The position numbers and the translations under genes are program-made. A stretch of 64,000 bases of DNA from Octopus sinensis (taxonomy: Eukaryota), in NCBI RefSeq assembly GCF_006345805.1, contig NC_043010.1, forward strand, positions 9,176,001-9,240,000. Direction: 5' to 3'. The notes under the pieces are model-generated. The model made no database searches. It was not told the origin of the DNA and saw nothing but the letters and a program-made list of their open reading frames with translations. Positions within the stretch are counted from its first letter, which is position 1, and the number at the start of each line of letters is the position of its first letter. Below are positions 50,369 to 63,175 of the stretch, piece after piece.

Positions 50369-50569
50369 TATACATGACAAAATTTCTTTCAGATTCCATT
50401 TTGGTTAGCCCGGAGCTATAGTAGAAGACACTTGAATAAGGTGTCTGAATGTGAAACCATGTAGTTGGGGAGCAAACTTCTTAATCACACAACTATGTTG
50501 GTGTTTTTGTCTTCTTATTAATATCAAGAAATCAAAAAAATTTCTCAAAGACATATTATTCATGTGGGT

Positions 50570-51208
50570 TTAATCCTTCAACATTCACGTTTTTCTGTTA
50601 AATGTAAAGCCTATTTATTCTCATTGTTTTGAATTTATCCTGCAATACTTTGTAGCTTTGAGATTTCAACGATGTAGTTGCTTATTTTCAAAATAATATT
50701 GTAGGATAGGTGTGAGAGACCAGATCTGGTTGGTTTGATGATAAAACAGGTACTCCCTTTTACTCTTTACTCTTTTTACTCTTTTTCAGTCATTGTTTCA
50801 GTCATTTGACTGTGGCCATGCTGGAGCACCGCCTTTAGTCAAGCAAATTGACCCCAGGACTTATTCATTGTAACCCTAGTACTTATTGTATCGGTCTCTT
50901 TTGCCGAACCGCTAAGTTATGGGGATGCAAACACACCAGCATCGGTTGTCAAGCGATGTTGGGGTGACAAACACAGACACACAAACACACACACACATAC
51001 ATATACATATATACGACAGGCTTCTTTCAGTTTCCGTCTACCAAATCCACTCACAAGGCTTTGGTTGGCCCGAGGCTATAGTAGAAGACACTTGCCCAAG
51101 GTTCCACATAGTGGGACTGAACCCAGAACTATGTGGTTGGTAAGCAAGCTACTTACCACACAGCCACTCCTGCCAGATATGGTCAGTTAAAATGCTACAA
51201 GGGTTCAA
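50570..51208. mobile_element. piggyBac-like MITE interrupted by SINE A
   Basis: TTAATCCTTCAACATT ... AATGCTACAAGGGTTCAA; internal similarity to the 13446 copy. Confidence 0.55.
50757..51174 (-). mobile_element. SINE family A
   Basis: Matches the family consensus, reverse complement. Confidence 0.9.
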
Positions 51209-51483
51209 AATTATTATTTGGTTGTTTGGGAAATGCTGTATAAGGCCATATATAGTTTTTTATGGCCCAGTATCTCCACTATTGTAGGACACCTATTCTT
51301 GTCCCTCAAACATACTTTAACTCTCATTACCCAGCATAAGTCACCTCCCTCAAAACAGCACCTCAGCTCATCCGAGAGGGATTGTCTTAAAAGTCACTTG
51401 GTGGTCTCATTTGCACGTAAAAAGCACTCAGTGCCCTCTTTAAAGTGATTGGCCATTGGGAAGGACATCAAAACCATGCTAAG

Positions 51484-51666
51484 TGTGAGAGACCAGATCT
51501 GGTTGGTTTGATGATAAAACAGGTACTCTCTTTTTACTCTTTACTTTTTTTACTCTTTTACTTGTTTCAGTCATTTGACTGTGGCCATGCTGGAGCACCG
51601 CCTTTAGTCAAGCACATTGACCCCAGGACTTATTCATTGTAAGCCTAGTACTTATTCTATCGGTGG
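51484..51666. repeat. Local duplicate of 50711-50895 inserted in a diverged family C element, with a TSD
   Basis: AAACCATGCTAA flanks both sides (51471 and 51667). Confidence 0.85.
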
Positions 51667-52012
51667 AAACCATGCTAAAGCAGACACTGGAGCTTGGCTT
51701 AGTCCTCTGGTTCTATTTTCAACTGTGAGAATCAAGTATCTTCATCCCAAATCACAACCTTAATATTGATTAGGAGACAAGCTTGAGAATCTAAAAAATG
51801 AATTCAAGTGTAAATGTACTGAAGGAGACAGAAATTCTTGAGTTGCTTTTACGGAAATATTACAATTTGTTATTAGATGTTTTAAAATGAAATTCATTGA
51901 CTGTTTTTTCTAAAAATATTCTTGGGATTTCTTCTAGTGCTCATTATGAAGTAGAATGAAAGAAGGAAGACGACCATTAATTGATGACAATGATAATAAT
52001 ATTACTTTTTAA

Positions 52013-52336
52013 GTTAGCACGCCAGTTGAAATGCTTAGAAGTATTTTGTCTATCTTTATGTTCTGATCAACTGGCCCTCTCCCCCAAAATTTCAGGCCTT
52101 GTGCCTAGAGTAGAGAAGATTTTTTAAGGTGGTAAGCTGGCAGAAATGTTAGCACGTGGGGTGAAATGCTTAGTGGTATTTCCTCTGTCTTTACGTTCTG
52201 AGTTCAAATTCCGCTGTGGTTGACTTCGCATTCCATCCTTTTAGGATCGATAAATTAAGTACCATACTGGGATCGATCTAATCGATTGGCCCCCTCCCCA
52301 CAAAATTTCGAACCTTGTGCCTAGAGTAGAAAAGGA
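52013..52336 (+). mobile_element. Two tandem SINE-B type-2 copies, the first internally deleted
   Basis: Both end with CCCC..AAAATTTC..CCTTGTGCCTAGAGTAGA. Confidence 0.8.
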
Positions 52337-52763
52337 AAGAATATTACTTGTTAAGGTTATTTCTACTGATATCCTGTAGAAATTATAGCCAGCCCTGAAT
52401 TTTGTTATGACATTTTGTATACAAGAAGTCAAATGTAAATAAACAATGAGATCAAAGATGAAAAATAGGTAATGGACATATATGAATTTTTTTGTTGGGG
52501 GTTGCCCCTTCATCTGCACTCATCTAAGCCTTAAATCGTTAATCATCCTTGAATACATTGCTGAAATAGCCACTATATACAGAGGTGTATGGTTATTGAA
52601 TATACCAGTTTTACATATTAAACACATTCTTGGAAGCTGGTACATAAATACTAATGACTTATTACCTACCAGTCATTAATGATAATAATGATAATATTGC
52701 CTAATAAGCAGACTGAAATGATTCAAGGAAGTATTTGTGCTTTCAGAAACTACTTGACACCAG

Positions 52764-53036
52764 CACTGGCTCAGGAATGAAATTTGCTTAGGGGGTGCAA
52801 ACCCAGGTCCAAAAATATTTACAAACAAGGTCTTGTTTTTTTTTTCTGCCATTTATTTTTGTGTTTTGATCTTTGAAAAGGAACCTAACTTCAAGCTACT
52901 TTTTACACATCACTTTTTATTTACCATTTTCTAAACCTGAGGAAAATAAGTAGGGCTGCAAATTTTGATTCTGCACTCCACAAAAATTCTAGGGGGTGCA
53001 CTTGCACCACCTGCACCCCCTGTTCCCGGGCCCATG
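52764..53036. mobile_element. hAT-like MITE with an 8-bp TSD
   Basis: GACACCAG at 52756-63 and 53037-44. Imperfect TIRs CACTGGCTCAGGAA/TTCCCGGGCCCATG. Internal GGGGGTGCA..TGCACCCCC hairpin. Confidence 0.8.
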
Positions 53037-53317
53037 GACACCAGTTATCTCAATACCAATCTATCACAGTGATCAGCTTTTGGGTAACAGGCCTAAATTC
53101 TGCCTGGTTTTCATACCATGACTTGTTTGTTTAGTAGAGTTTACTCTGTAGCAAGCATGTGGATTAAATTGCTGGTGTCTCTAGCCAACTGCAATATGTT
53201 GAGTTTGGGCATCAGCTGAATTAGTGTCTCCAGCTTGGAAAGGCCTGCTGTGAAGGTCATGGTCAAACTTTCTTCATCACTGACTAATAAAAATATTATT
53301 CTTTTTTCTATAGGCAC

Positions 53318-53576
53318 GTGGAGGTGTGTGGCTTAGTGGTTAGGGTGTCAGCACCATGATCGTAAGATTGTGGTTTCGATTCCTAGACCAGGCGACGCAT
53401 TTTGTTCTTGAGCAAAACACTTCATTTCACATTGCTCCAGTCCACTCAACTGGCAAAAATGAGTAACGCTGCAATGGACTGGCATCCCATCCAGCTGGGG
53501 AACACATACGCCATAGAAACCAGGAAACCAGGCCCATGAGTCCGGCTAGGCTTTAAAAGGACGCATTATTATATTA
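53318..53576 (+). mobile_element. tRNA-derived SINE family E, 14-bp TSD, inserted in a SINE-B tail
   Basis: TTTTCTATAGGCAC at 53304-17 and 53577-90; A and B boxes; TTGAGCAAAACACTT CORE-like segment. Confidence 0.88.
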
Positions 53577-53577
53577 T

Positions 53578-53776
53578 TTTCTATAGGCACAAGCTTTGCA
53601 ATTTTTGGGTAGGGTTAGTCGATTATATCAACCTTTGTGTGTAATTGGTACTTATTTCATGGACCCCAAAAGCTGAGTCGACCTTGGTGGAATTTGAACT
53701 TAGAATGTGAAGATAGATGAGATGCCGTCAAGCATTTTGTCCAGTGCAGTAACAATTCTGCCAGTTCATCACCTTA
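53578..53776 (-). mobile_element. SINE-B type 2
   Basis: Reverse complement of the family consensus. Confidence 0.8.
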
Positions 53777-54071
53777 ATTGAAAATATAATAACGTAGTCT
53801 ACTGATAGTTGTCATTAAATTTTTTTAAATTACAAAATGTTAAATCAACATAAAAATTGAATCAGAATTTAAAAATTTTGATGAAATATGGCTTTACCAT
53901 CAAATTATTCTTCGAATAATTTTGAAAGTTATGGCTACACAAGTCCAATTACAATGGCTTTTCTAAAATGAAAATTCATTTAAAAGGACCAGTCCTAAGC
54001 TCTTGGTTTGTTCCAGGTTTTTCAAAGCTGATGAGAAATAAGCCTCTCTGTCTTCTATTAAATATCTTGAA

Positions 54072-54320
54072 TTGCCGGTGGCACGTAAAATGCACCAACC
54101 GATCATAGTCGTTGCCAGCCTTGCCTAGCACCTGTGCTGGTGGCATGTAAAAAATCACCCACTACACTCACGGAGTGGTTGGCGTTAGGAAGGGCATCCA
54201 GCTGTAGAAACATTGCCAGATCAGACTGGGCCTGGTGCAGCCTTCTGGCTTCCCAGATCCCGGTCGAACCGTCCAACCCATGCTAGCATGGAAAACGGAC
54301 GTTAAACGATGATGATGATT
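54072..54320 (+). mobile_element. Retroposon family C
   Basis: 2 subrepeats plus body and (GAT)n tail. Confidence 0.88.
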
Positions 54321-54517
54321 CCTAATAAGTAAACTTATTATCATAGAACTAACTACATTGCTTGAACACACAAAAAAGCCAATAAGGGAGCCTTTATGCG
54401 GTTATTTGAGTGGCTAGAAATAGCAATAAAATCTACCTAAAATGGCACCTTGCTTGCTTAAAAAAACAGGACATGTTAAATAATGTAGTCCTTTGAAAAT
54501 GAGAGAAGTTAAATAAT

Positions 54518-54735
54518 CCTTTGGGCTATAGGCACAAGGCTTGAAATTGTGTGGGGAGGGGGCCAGTCAATTAGATCGACCCCAGTACACAACTGGTAAT
54601 TAATTTATCGACCCTGAAAGAATGAAAGACAAAGTCAACCTCAGCGGAATTTGAACTCAGACCGTAAAGATAGATGAAATACTGCTAAGCATTTCGCCCG
54701 GCATGCTAACAATTCTGCCAGCTCACTGCCTTCAC
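54518..54735 (-). mobile_element. SINE-B type 2, full length, 14-bp TSD
   Basis: AGAAGTTAAATAAT at 54504-17 and 54736-49. Confidence 0.9.
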
Positions 54736-56716
54736 AGAAGTTAAATAATGTAAGGATCAGGTGATCATAGCTGGAATTACTATGATCAGTTGATCTTTTT
54801 GATCAGGGTTGACCTGTGACTAAACTCTAAAATATTTGCAGCAAATCCCACCTCAAGACCTACGAATTGTATAGTCCATTAATTCTTGCATTTGGAAATA
54901 TAAGTTCTGGCTATTTACCAATTTGGGGATTGCAATTTTCATGGTTAAATTTCTTGAAATAGCAGTAGAAAAGAAATCATATATATATTTATTTGTTTAC
55001 ATTAATTAGTATCAAATTTTACGCTGGGTATAATTATATTTTCCATTTGATATTTATTCTGTAATAATGTCTTTTCATATGTATGAAAGATAATAATCAC
55101 TGGTTATTCTATGAAGTTTGAACATTTCACAACAAATTCCAGAAAATATTTTTATGAAAAACATTTTATTGTCAAAATATAATTAACATGAATTTCTACA
55201 CTTATTCAATTGGTTGGCTAAGATTCCATCCTAATCCTATTCAAAAGATGTTTTTCAATTACGGGTTTTCGGGTTAATGGGAAAAGAAAGCTACTCTCTA
55301 CATAAATAGCTTCTCAGATATCTTATTTTCCTTGTACCTGCTTAATTCTCAGCTTGAAATTTAAAAGAATATTTCTGAAATTCTGTATCTACCAATCAAC
55401 AACATTCTTCATTGAGCTATAACTTCCTTAATATTTCTATCCAAAATGGATGAAAATCAATATTCTAAAGTCATAGAATTATTTAGATATTTGAATACAT
55501 TCTATCATTTCATTGAAACTATTTTCAATTCCTATATAAGACTTTGATTTAAAAAAAAAAAAATAATAATAAAAAGTACACATCAACATCAATTACAATA
55601 ACATCAAAAACAACCACAATCACAATAATAGCAACGAATGAACCATTTTTTTTTTTTTTTTGCAACTTTCTATATTTCCATAATATTATTGCTTAACTAA
55701 TTTCTTTTCAAAACTGTTTTCTATGTTCATCAGGAGAATTTGAGGAGTTTTAACACATAAACACTACAACAAATAAGCAACATAACTTCATGCAAAATTT
55801 CAGCCGTTTGTCATCAATCTTTCAAAATTCACAAAATTATTCAAATTGTAAGAATATATTCCCTTGAAATTTACCTGTTGTTAACTAAAAGGTTAAAAGG
55901 TAAAATGTAGCAAAATCACGAGTTATTTTCATATTTCACTTATGCAGTTGCTTTATATAACTCATATCCTCTCTTTTCATTTTTTTAATTAAATAATTAA
56001 TTACATTTTTACTGTTTATTAATATATCTATCCCATTTTTCTTTTTATTTTTTGGTCTTGACAATTGGAACTAGCAATTGCAGTAACAGACATTATGTAT
56101 TTCATAAACTTCAGTGATGAATAAATTCGAATTAATTGTAAGAAGCAAAAACAAATACTGGTTAAATATATTTCAGTGCCTCCACATTAAAACTTGCTTC
56201 ATACATAGTTTGGCAGAAAAACAAAATATATCCTGTTTACTAGTTCTTACAGCTTAAATTTCCAAGTTTGAGAAAAATTGGAAAATTACACAGTTTATTT
56301 AATCAAATTGTTTTCTGTTTTTCATTTCACAGCAGGTTTTTTCTTAATACTTAATTAAAATTTTGTAAAATATTTTTATCATATAATGTAGTGATGTCTT
56401 CTGTTTGCTATGACAGATTTGAAAGATAGTCATGTACTTTTGGTTTTCTTTTTCTTTTATGCAAAAACTTTCAAAAGAATCATCTTGATCACAGAAAGTA
56501 CATTTTCATTTCAGCCATAAAAAAATAATGCACCATGGTTAAGATAGTGTCAATTTTCATGTTTAAAACCTCCATAATTATTTTACATCAATAATCTTAA
56601 GTAAAAAAAAAAAAGGAAAAATAATAGTATGAAATTGTAAATATGTAATTGTTTTCAAACAAGATATATTTCTGAATAAATTGAATTAAAAATAGAGAAA
56701 ATAAACAATATTTTAC

Positions 56717-59125
56717 CTGTTGTGTCATCTCTGAAGTATCTTGACAAGGTATTCCAAGTGGAGCTTCTAATCTATTATGATTTGTCTCATATCTTGATGG
56801 CAACTCTTCACTTGGGCGTATTGGCATATGACTCCTGCTCTTGCCTACGTCTACTATAGCAATTGAGGGATCCGATTGAGGAGTTAACTTTTCACAAAAA
56901 TATTTTAGCTGATTTGATTCATTCAAAATTTTATTTGAAGGGTCAATTTCTGCACAGAATTCTGTATGTCTTTCATTGTTCCTTCGTAAAATACAAATTG
57001 TAATTGATATCACCATAACAACTGACACAGTAACTGCAGCGAGAACAATTATGATCACTAAATTGATATGTATGCGATCTGTTGGTTCTGTATCGAGTGC
57101 AGTTAGCATAGTAGCTGTTTTATTACTGACAGACAATGTCAAAGACAGAGTAGTGGTGGCTGACAAAACTGGAGTACCACTGTCCCTGACAACAAACACA
57201 ATATTATAGGCTCCTGCATCTCTTTGGAAGATCACACGTGAGAATGAAACAGCTCCAGTATAAGTATTAATTGTAAATAGCTGTCTGTCATTACCTTCTA
57301 ATATTCCATATCGAAGAAAAGCATTTTCCTGATTGTCTTTATCAGAGGCTCGCAAAACTGTAATATTGTTTTTATTCCGTGGATGGTAGTGGACATCAAG
57401 GCGGAATGGATTGACTTGAGGGAAAATAAAATACGGAGCATTATCATTTTCGTCCATTACTTCCACCATGATATTTGCAGTGTTGTTTAATGATGGTGTT
57501 CCATTGTCTTTGACTAAAACTTTAAATCTATAGACACTTTGAAGTTCACGATCTAATGTCTGAGTAGTTGAAATAAAACCAAAATCTGTTATTGAAAATG
57601 GAAGTTTATTTTTATTATTAGCAAATAAAGAATATGATAATTGACCACCAGAGTCAAGATCAGGGTCAGTAGCATTGATTAAACCAACAGGAAAGTTTGG
57701 CTTCTCATTCTCATAAATCAAAAATCTAAATGTATCTTTAGAAAACTGAGGCTTTACATCATTAATATCCATCACTTGGATAGAGACATTTGTCTTAGTC
57801 TGTAATGGTGGTAAACCTCTGTCTTGACATGTAATTGTTATGTCAATTTGTCTCTCAGTTTCTCTATCAACCAGGCTTTTTATTGTTAATTTATATTTCT
57901 TTCCACCAAGACTTTGAAGCCTGAATTTATCATGATGTAGTTCACAGCTGACCTCTCCATTAGGGCCAATGTCATTATCTGTAACTTTCACAAATGCAAC
58001 AAAGCTACCAATCTCTGTTTCTTCTGAAATAGCTGCTGCATTTTTTGATGATGCAGACACAAAGCTTACATCTATTTTAGGTGCTATGTTCATCTGATCA
58101 TTTATTGTTAATACAACCATTGTAGTTGAACTTAAAGGTGGTATCCCTTCATCTTTGGCTTCAATGAACAATTTATACGTCTGTTTTTTAACTGGAGTGA
58201 AGCTGTCATGTAAAAATAATTCCCCAGTGTGTTTATTTAATTCAAAAGGAATATTAGAAGTATCCGAAGATTTTGAACTAAATGTATACAATATTCGGCC
58301 GTTTTTGCCTGCATCTAAGTCTTTTGCAGATACAACCACAACTGGGATGTTTTTCTGGTGAGAACTTTTAATTGAAACATTATAGATATCTTGATTGAAC
58401 ACAGGTGAATTGTCATTGACATCTGTGACAAATATTTTAACATTTAAAACACTCTGTTTTGTTGGGGTTCCCCCATCTTTAGCAATAACTTGAACATGGT
58501 ATGTGTCTTTAACTTCTCGATTAAGTTTCTCTTCCAAAATGATTCCAAGTTTTGCCGTGCCATCAACTTTTTTTGATTCTGACAACATAAATGGTTCATT
58601 TGAATGCTTTTTCAGTTGATAGGTAATTTGGGAATTTAGAACACCAACGTCTTCATCAATGGCATTTGGTATTGAGATACTAGAACCTTTACTGTCTCTC
58701 TCAGAAAATTCTATGTCAACTTGTTTTACTGAAAATACTGGGGTATGATCATTGACATCTTGTATAATCACTCTTATCTCCAAGATCTTGAGAAATGTCT
58801 TCTTCTTTTGTACAGCAACATCTAATGTTTTGTAACACTCAGTGTTATATTTGCAGAGGCTCTCTGCATCCAATGTTCTAGCAGTGAAAAGTTTACCATT
58901 CCGAGATATATTGAATAACTGGTGGTCACTTGCTGTATCATGTTGAAGAAGGCTAAACCAAGTTGAACTAATGTCTGTGGCAGGAACACTGTCCATTAGT
59001 TGCATATTCATTGATACATCTCCAATGAATGTATTTGGTCTTCTGCCCTCTTTTACATAGAATGTGAAGTCTACACACTTCGAGGTGTGTAAAAGTGCAA
59101 AAAACACACAAATCTGTGCAAACAT
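56717..59125 (-). CDS. Protocadherin (cephalopod-type), large first coding exon, 803 codons
   Basis: Signal peptide MFAQICVFFALLHTSKC. Six cadherin repeats with DVNDHTP, DVNDNSP, DINDVKP and DENDNAP linkers and DxD motifs. TM INLVIIIVLAAVTVSVVMVISITICIL. In-frame stops lie just upstream of the ATG. Phase-0 donor CAG|GTAAAA at 56717/56716. The unspliced ORF runs on to a stop at 56597. Confidence 0.96.
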
Positions 59126-59160
59126 TATTCTTGTCGATGTTTCTCAGAATAATTAGGAAT

Positions 59161-59190
59161 CCTTTGAATGAAAAATAAAAAAAAGAAATA
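59161..59190 (-). promoter_or_regulatory. Splice acceptor of the protocadherin large exon (36-nt 5'UTR; implies an upstream non-coding exon)
   Basis: Minus strand reads TTTCTTTTTTTTTATTTTTCATTCAAAG|GATTCC. Confidence 0.75.
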
Positions 59191-59720
59191 TATACATTTA
59201 TACATACATACATACGTACATACACATATATATCTACATGCTTACACACACACATATGTATATGTTTACAGGCATACAAACATGCAAAAGTATGAACAAA
59301 TGGATAATGTTAAATAAAGAGAAAAAAAGTATTTTGTGAATCATCTTATTTTACATAAAGACATCAGAACATCAATAAATATAATGCACAAATTGTATTG
59401 AAAGTATTTAAGAGCATTAATGATAATAAATCATAGTTTCAAAAAATGCTATTGAATTACATTAAAACATTATGCCGAAGGGAATTAATTAAATATAAAA
59501 CATGACAGAATTGATTTCTGTTTAAAAATCAATAGATACAATAAATAAATAAATAAATAAATAAATAAATAGCTGAGATGTTATGAATGGACACATCATT
59601 GTCTTAAGACTAGATAAATAACAACTTTGAATATATATTTATAACAGTTTGGATAGATTTATAAGGTTTGCAAATAACAATAACTTGTGAATAATATTAT
59701 AACTGCACACTCGTCAAAGT

Positions 59721-59932
59721 TACTCTTTTACTCTTTTACTTGTTTCAGTCATTTGACTGCGGCCATGCAGGAGCACCGCCTTTAATCGAGCAACTCGACC
59801 CCGGGACTTATTCTTTGTAAGCCCAGTACTTATTCTATCGGTCTCTTTTGCCGAACCGCTAAGTGACGGGGACGTAAACACACCAGCATCGGTTGTCAAG
59901 CAATGCTAGGGAGACAAACACAGACACACAAG

Positions 59933-59968
<36 letters not shown>

Positions 59969-60128
59969 CATATATACGACAGGCTTCTTTCAGTTTCCGT
60001 CTACCAAATCCACTCACAAGGCATTGGTCGGCCTGGGGCTATAGCAGAAGACACTTGCCCAAGATGCCATGCAGTGGGACTGAACCCAGAACCATGTGGT
60101 TGGTTAGCAAGCTACTTACCACACAGCC
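59721..60128 (-). mobile_element. SINE family A
   Basis: Matches the family consensus, reverse complement; slightly 5'-truncated. Confidence 0.9.
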
Positions 60129-60297
60129 AAGTTAAGTTATTTTCAAATAAAACTATACAGGAAAAATTAGTCAAAGAAATGACTGTAAAAATAAAATCTA
60201 TGCCTTAGCTTACAGCCTCATGGGTATAGCACTTATCTGGATTTTCAAGGTATTTTAGGCTGAGAGTACAAGTCTACCTATGTCCGGATGAGATACT

Positions 60298-60597
60298 CAT
60301 CATCATTATCATCATTGTTCGACCGTGGTCAAGACAATGGAATTTACCATGCTACGCCAGACTTCATGGACCATCATGGCATTACAGAGGTCCTGTTGCT
60401 GGATGCCTGTATCCCTGGAGATTATATCAGGGTAGGAGAGTGTGCGCCCTCTGGTATTGCGAGTAGATGGCTTCCAGAGGAGAAGAGTAGAAATTACCTC
60501 TTTTTCAGCTCTACAACAATGTCCAGCAAACTGGACTCTCCTACCTTTCACAAGAGATGACACAGGTGGTAGTTTCCCATATACTTGCATTTTGGTT
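60298..60597 (-). mobile_element. 5'-truncated RTE-type LINE, (GAT)n tail, 12-bp TSD
   Basis: RRVQFAGHCCRAEKEVISTLLLWKP..RGR..YPDIISRDTG..WR. GGATGAGATACT at 60286-97 and 60598-609. Confidence 0.88.
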
Positions 60598-60989
60598 GGA
60601 TGAGATACTAGTCCTTCACAGGGTTGACCCCTAACTCATACTGATATTAATTTTCAGCTGAGTGTAATATACTTAATAAAAGCATGTACCCCCTCTTTAT
60701 TAAGACACCTGTTCCTGCACCCTTTATCATACTTTCATTCCCTTCAGTATTATACCTTATTCAGCTGTGAGGGTCTTGTCATGTGAATACTTGGTGGCCT
60801 TGCTCGTGTTGGTGCCATGAAAAAAAAAAGCACCCAGTGTTCTCTGTAAAATTGCTGGCATTAAGAAGAGCTTACAGCTGTAGAAATGGTGCCAAAGCAA
60901 ACATTGGAGCTCATCACAGTCTTTTGGTTCAATAGACCCTGTCAGTCAAGCTGTCCAGTGCATGCCAGCATAAGAACATGGACCATATA

Positions 60990-61420
60990 TAATGATGATT
61001 ATGATTGTTATCATGATGACCATGATGATAATGAGTATGATGGTGATGACAATGAGTATGATGATGATGATGACGACAATGATGATAATGATGATTGTTA
61101 TCATGATGACCTTGATGAGACTGATGATGATAATAACAATGACAATGATGTTGATGATGATGATGATGATGATGATGACGACGATGACAACGACGATGAT
61201 GATGATTGTTATCATGATGACTTTGATGAGAATGATGATGATAATAACGATGACGACGATGATGATGATGATGATGATGACAACGACGATGATGATGATG
61301 ATTGTTATCATGATGACCATGATGATAATGAGGATGATGATAATGATGTCGACGATGACCATGATGATGATGTTGTTGTTGATGATGATGATGATGATGA
61401 GGAGGAGGAGGAGGATGTAC
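60990..61420. repeat. (GAT)n tract with a higher-order unit
   Basis: GATTGTTATCATGATGAC recurs 4 times, about 90-110 bp apart. Confidence 0.92.
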
Positions 61421-61802
61421 TGAAGCAACAAGAAATGAAGTGCTTTGCTCATGGACACAACATGCCATCTAATTTAAAAATCAAACACACAGCCTAACAC
61501 TCATGAATATAATGCTCTAACCATCTGGCCATGTTCTTTTATAGATGACAGCTTTGGTAATTATAGATCATAATAATGGTTTGAGTAAGGCAAATCGATA
61601 ATCCTTGCATTAGTCTGTCATTTAATAATTTTTATATTTTAAGTTTTTTCGATATTGATTACTTACAACGGTACAAGGCCTGAAATTTTATAAAGAAGGG
61701 AACTAAAGACAAGCTATTATCTCTTATCTTTTATCTTTACCTGTATCACTCAATTGACTGCAGCCATACTGGGGCACCACCTTGAACAGATTTTTATCAA
61801 AT

Positions 61803-61966
61803 AGGTGTAAGAGTGGCTGTGTGGTAAGTAGCTTGCTTATCAACCACATGGTTCCGGGTTCAGTCCCACTGCTTGGCAACTTGGGCAAGTGTCTTATACT
61901 ATAGCCTTGGGCCAACCAAAGCCTTGTGTGTGGATTTAGTAGGTGGAAACTGAAAGAAGCCTGTCG

Positions 61967-62005
<39 letters not shown>

Positions 62006-62233
62006 TTGTGTGTGTCTTTATACGTTTGTGTGTCTGTGTTTGTCCCCCACACAACATCACTTGACAACTGATACTGGTGTGTTTATGTCCCTGTAACTTA
62101 GCGATTCGGCAAAATAGACCGATAGAATAAGTACTAGGCATACAAAGAATAAGTCCTGGGGTCAATTTGCTCGACTAAAGGAGGTGCTCCAGCATGGCCA
62201 CAGTCAAATGAATGAAACAAGTAAAAGAGTAAA
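61803..62233 (+). mobile_element. SINE family A
   Basis: Matches the family consensus, moderately diverged. Confidence 0.88.
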
Positions 62234-62249
62234 TGAACCAACCCTAGTC

Positions 62250-63065
62250 ATCATCATCATTTAGCATCCATTGTCCATGCTGGCATGGGTTAGACGGTTT
62301 GACTGGAGCTCGTAAGATGGAGAGCGGCACCAGGTTCCAGTCCGTTTTGACTTGGTTTCTAAGGCTGGATGCCCTTCATAATGCAAACCACTCCACAGAG
62401 TGTACTGGGTGTCTTTTATGTGTCACTAGTATGGGTGCTTTTTACATGTCCCCAGCACAGGTGCCTTTCATGTTTTACTGGCATGGGTGCCTTCTGCGTG
62501 TCACTGGCATGGGTGCCTTAAGCCTGATACTTATTCTAATCACTAAATTACAGAAATGTAAACAAACCAGCATCAGTTGTCAGGAGGTGGTTGGGTATAA
62601 ACACAGACACACACACACACACACACACACATGATGGGATTTTTTCAGTTTCCATTAACCAAATCCATTCACAAAGCTTTCGTCAGCCCAAGATGTCACA
62701 CAGTGGGATTGAACCCAGAACCATGTGGTTGGGAAGCAAACTTCTTACCACACAACCACACCAGCACCTATGTTTAACATTTTATATATCTTTACTTGTT
62801 TTAGCCATTGGACTGTGGCCATGGTGAGGCACCACCTTGGAGAGTATTTGTCAAACTCATTGATCTCAGTATCCTTTGCATAAGCACAAGATTACAGGGA
62901 CATAAACAAACAAATATTGGTTGTCAAATGGTGGTGGGTTCAACAAACACACATGCATATATATAACAGACTTTCACAGAATTTCTGTCTATCATAGCCA
63001 ATTGCAAGACATTGGTTGATCCACGACTATAGCAGAAGACACTTGCCCAAGGTGTCACACAGTGT
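62250..63065 (-). mobile_element. Cluster: family C (62250-62520) plus two diverged SINE-A copies
   Basis: CATCATCATTTAGC..CATGCTGGCATGGG tail; CTATAGCAGAAGACACTTGCCCAAG and AACCATGTGGTTGG motifs. Confidence 0.7.
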
Positions 63066-63175
63066 ATCCATACTTAGTTAATTGACTTTGGAATAATGAA
63101 AGGCAAAGCCAGCTGCCATTATTATTTATCCCAGAAATGTTGAAGGATGTGATTAACCCTCTTAGGCCTGGATTT

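Noticed and set aside
56597-56716. C-terminal 39 aa of the 842-aa ORF as true coding sequence
   Set aside because: It follows a good phase-0 donor and is AT-rich and F/Y/I-biased, like intron; kept only as a possible retention isoform.
60886-61497. 203-aa poly-Asp ORF (acidic biomineralisation-protein look)
   Set aside because: It starts within a family C repeat and consists of (GAT)n; open in multiple frames.
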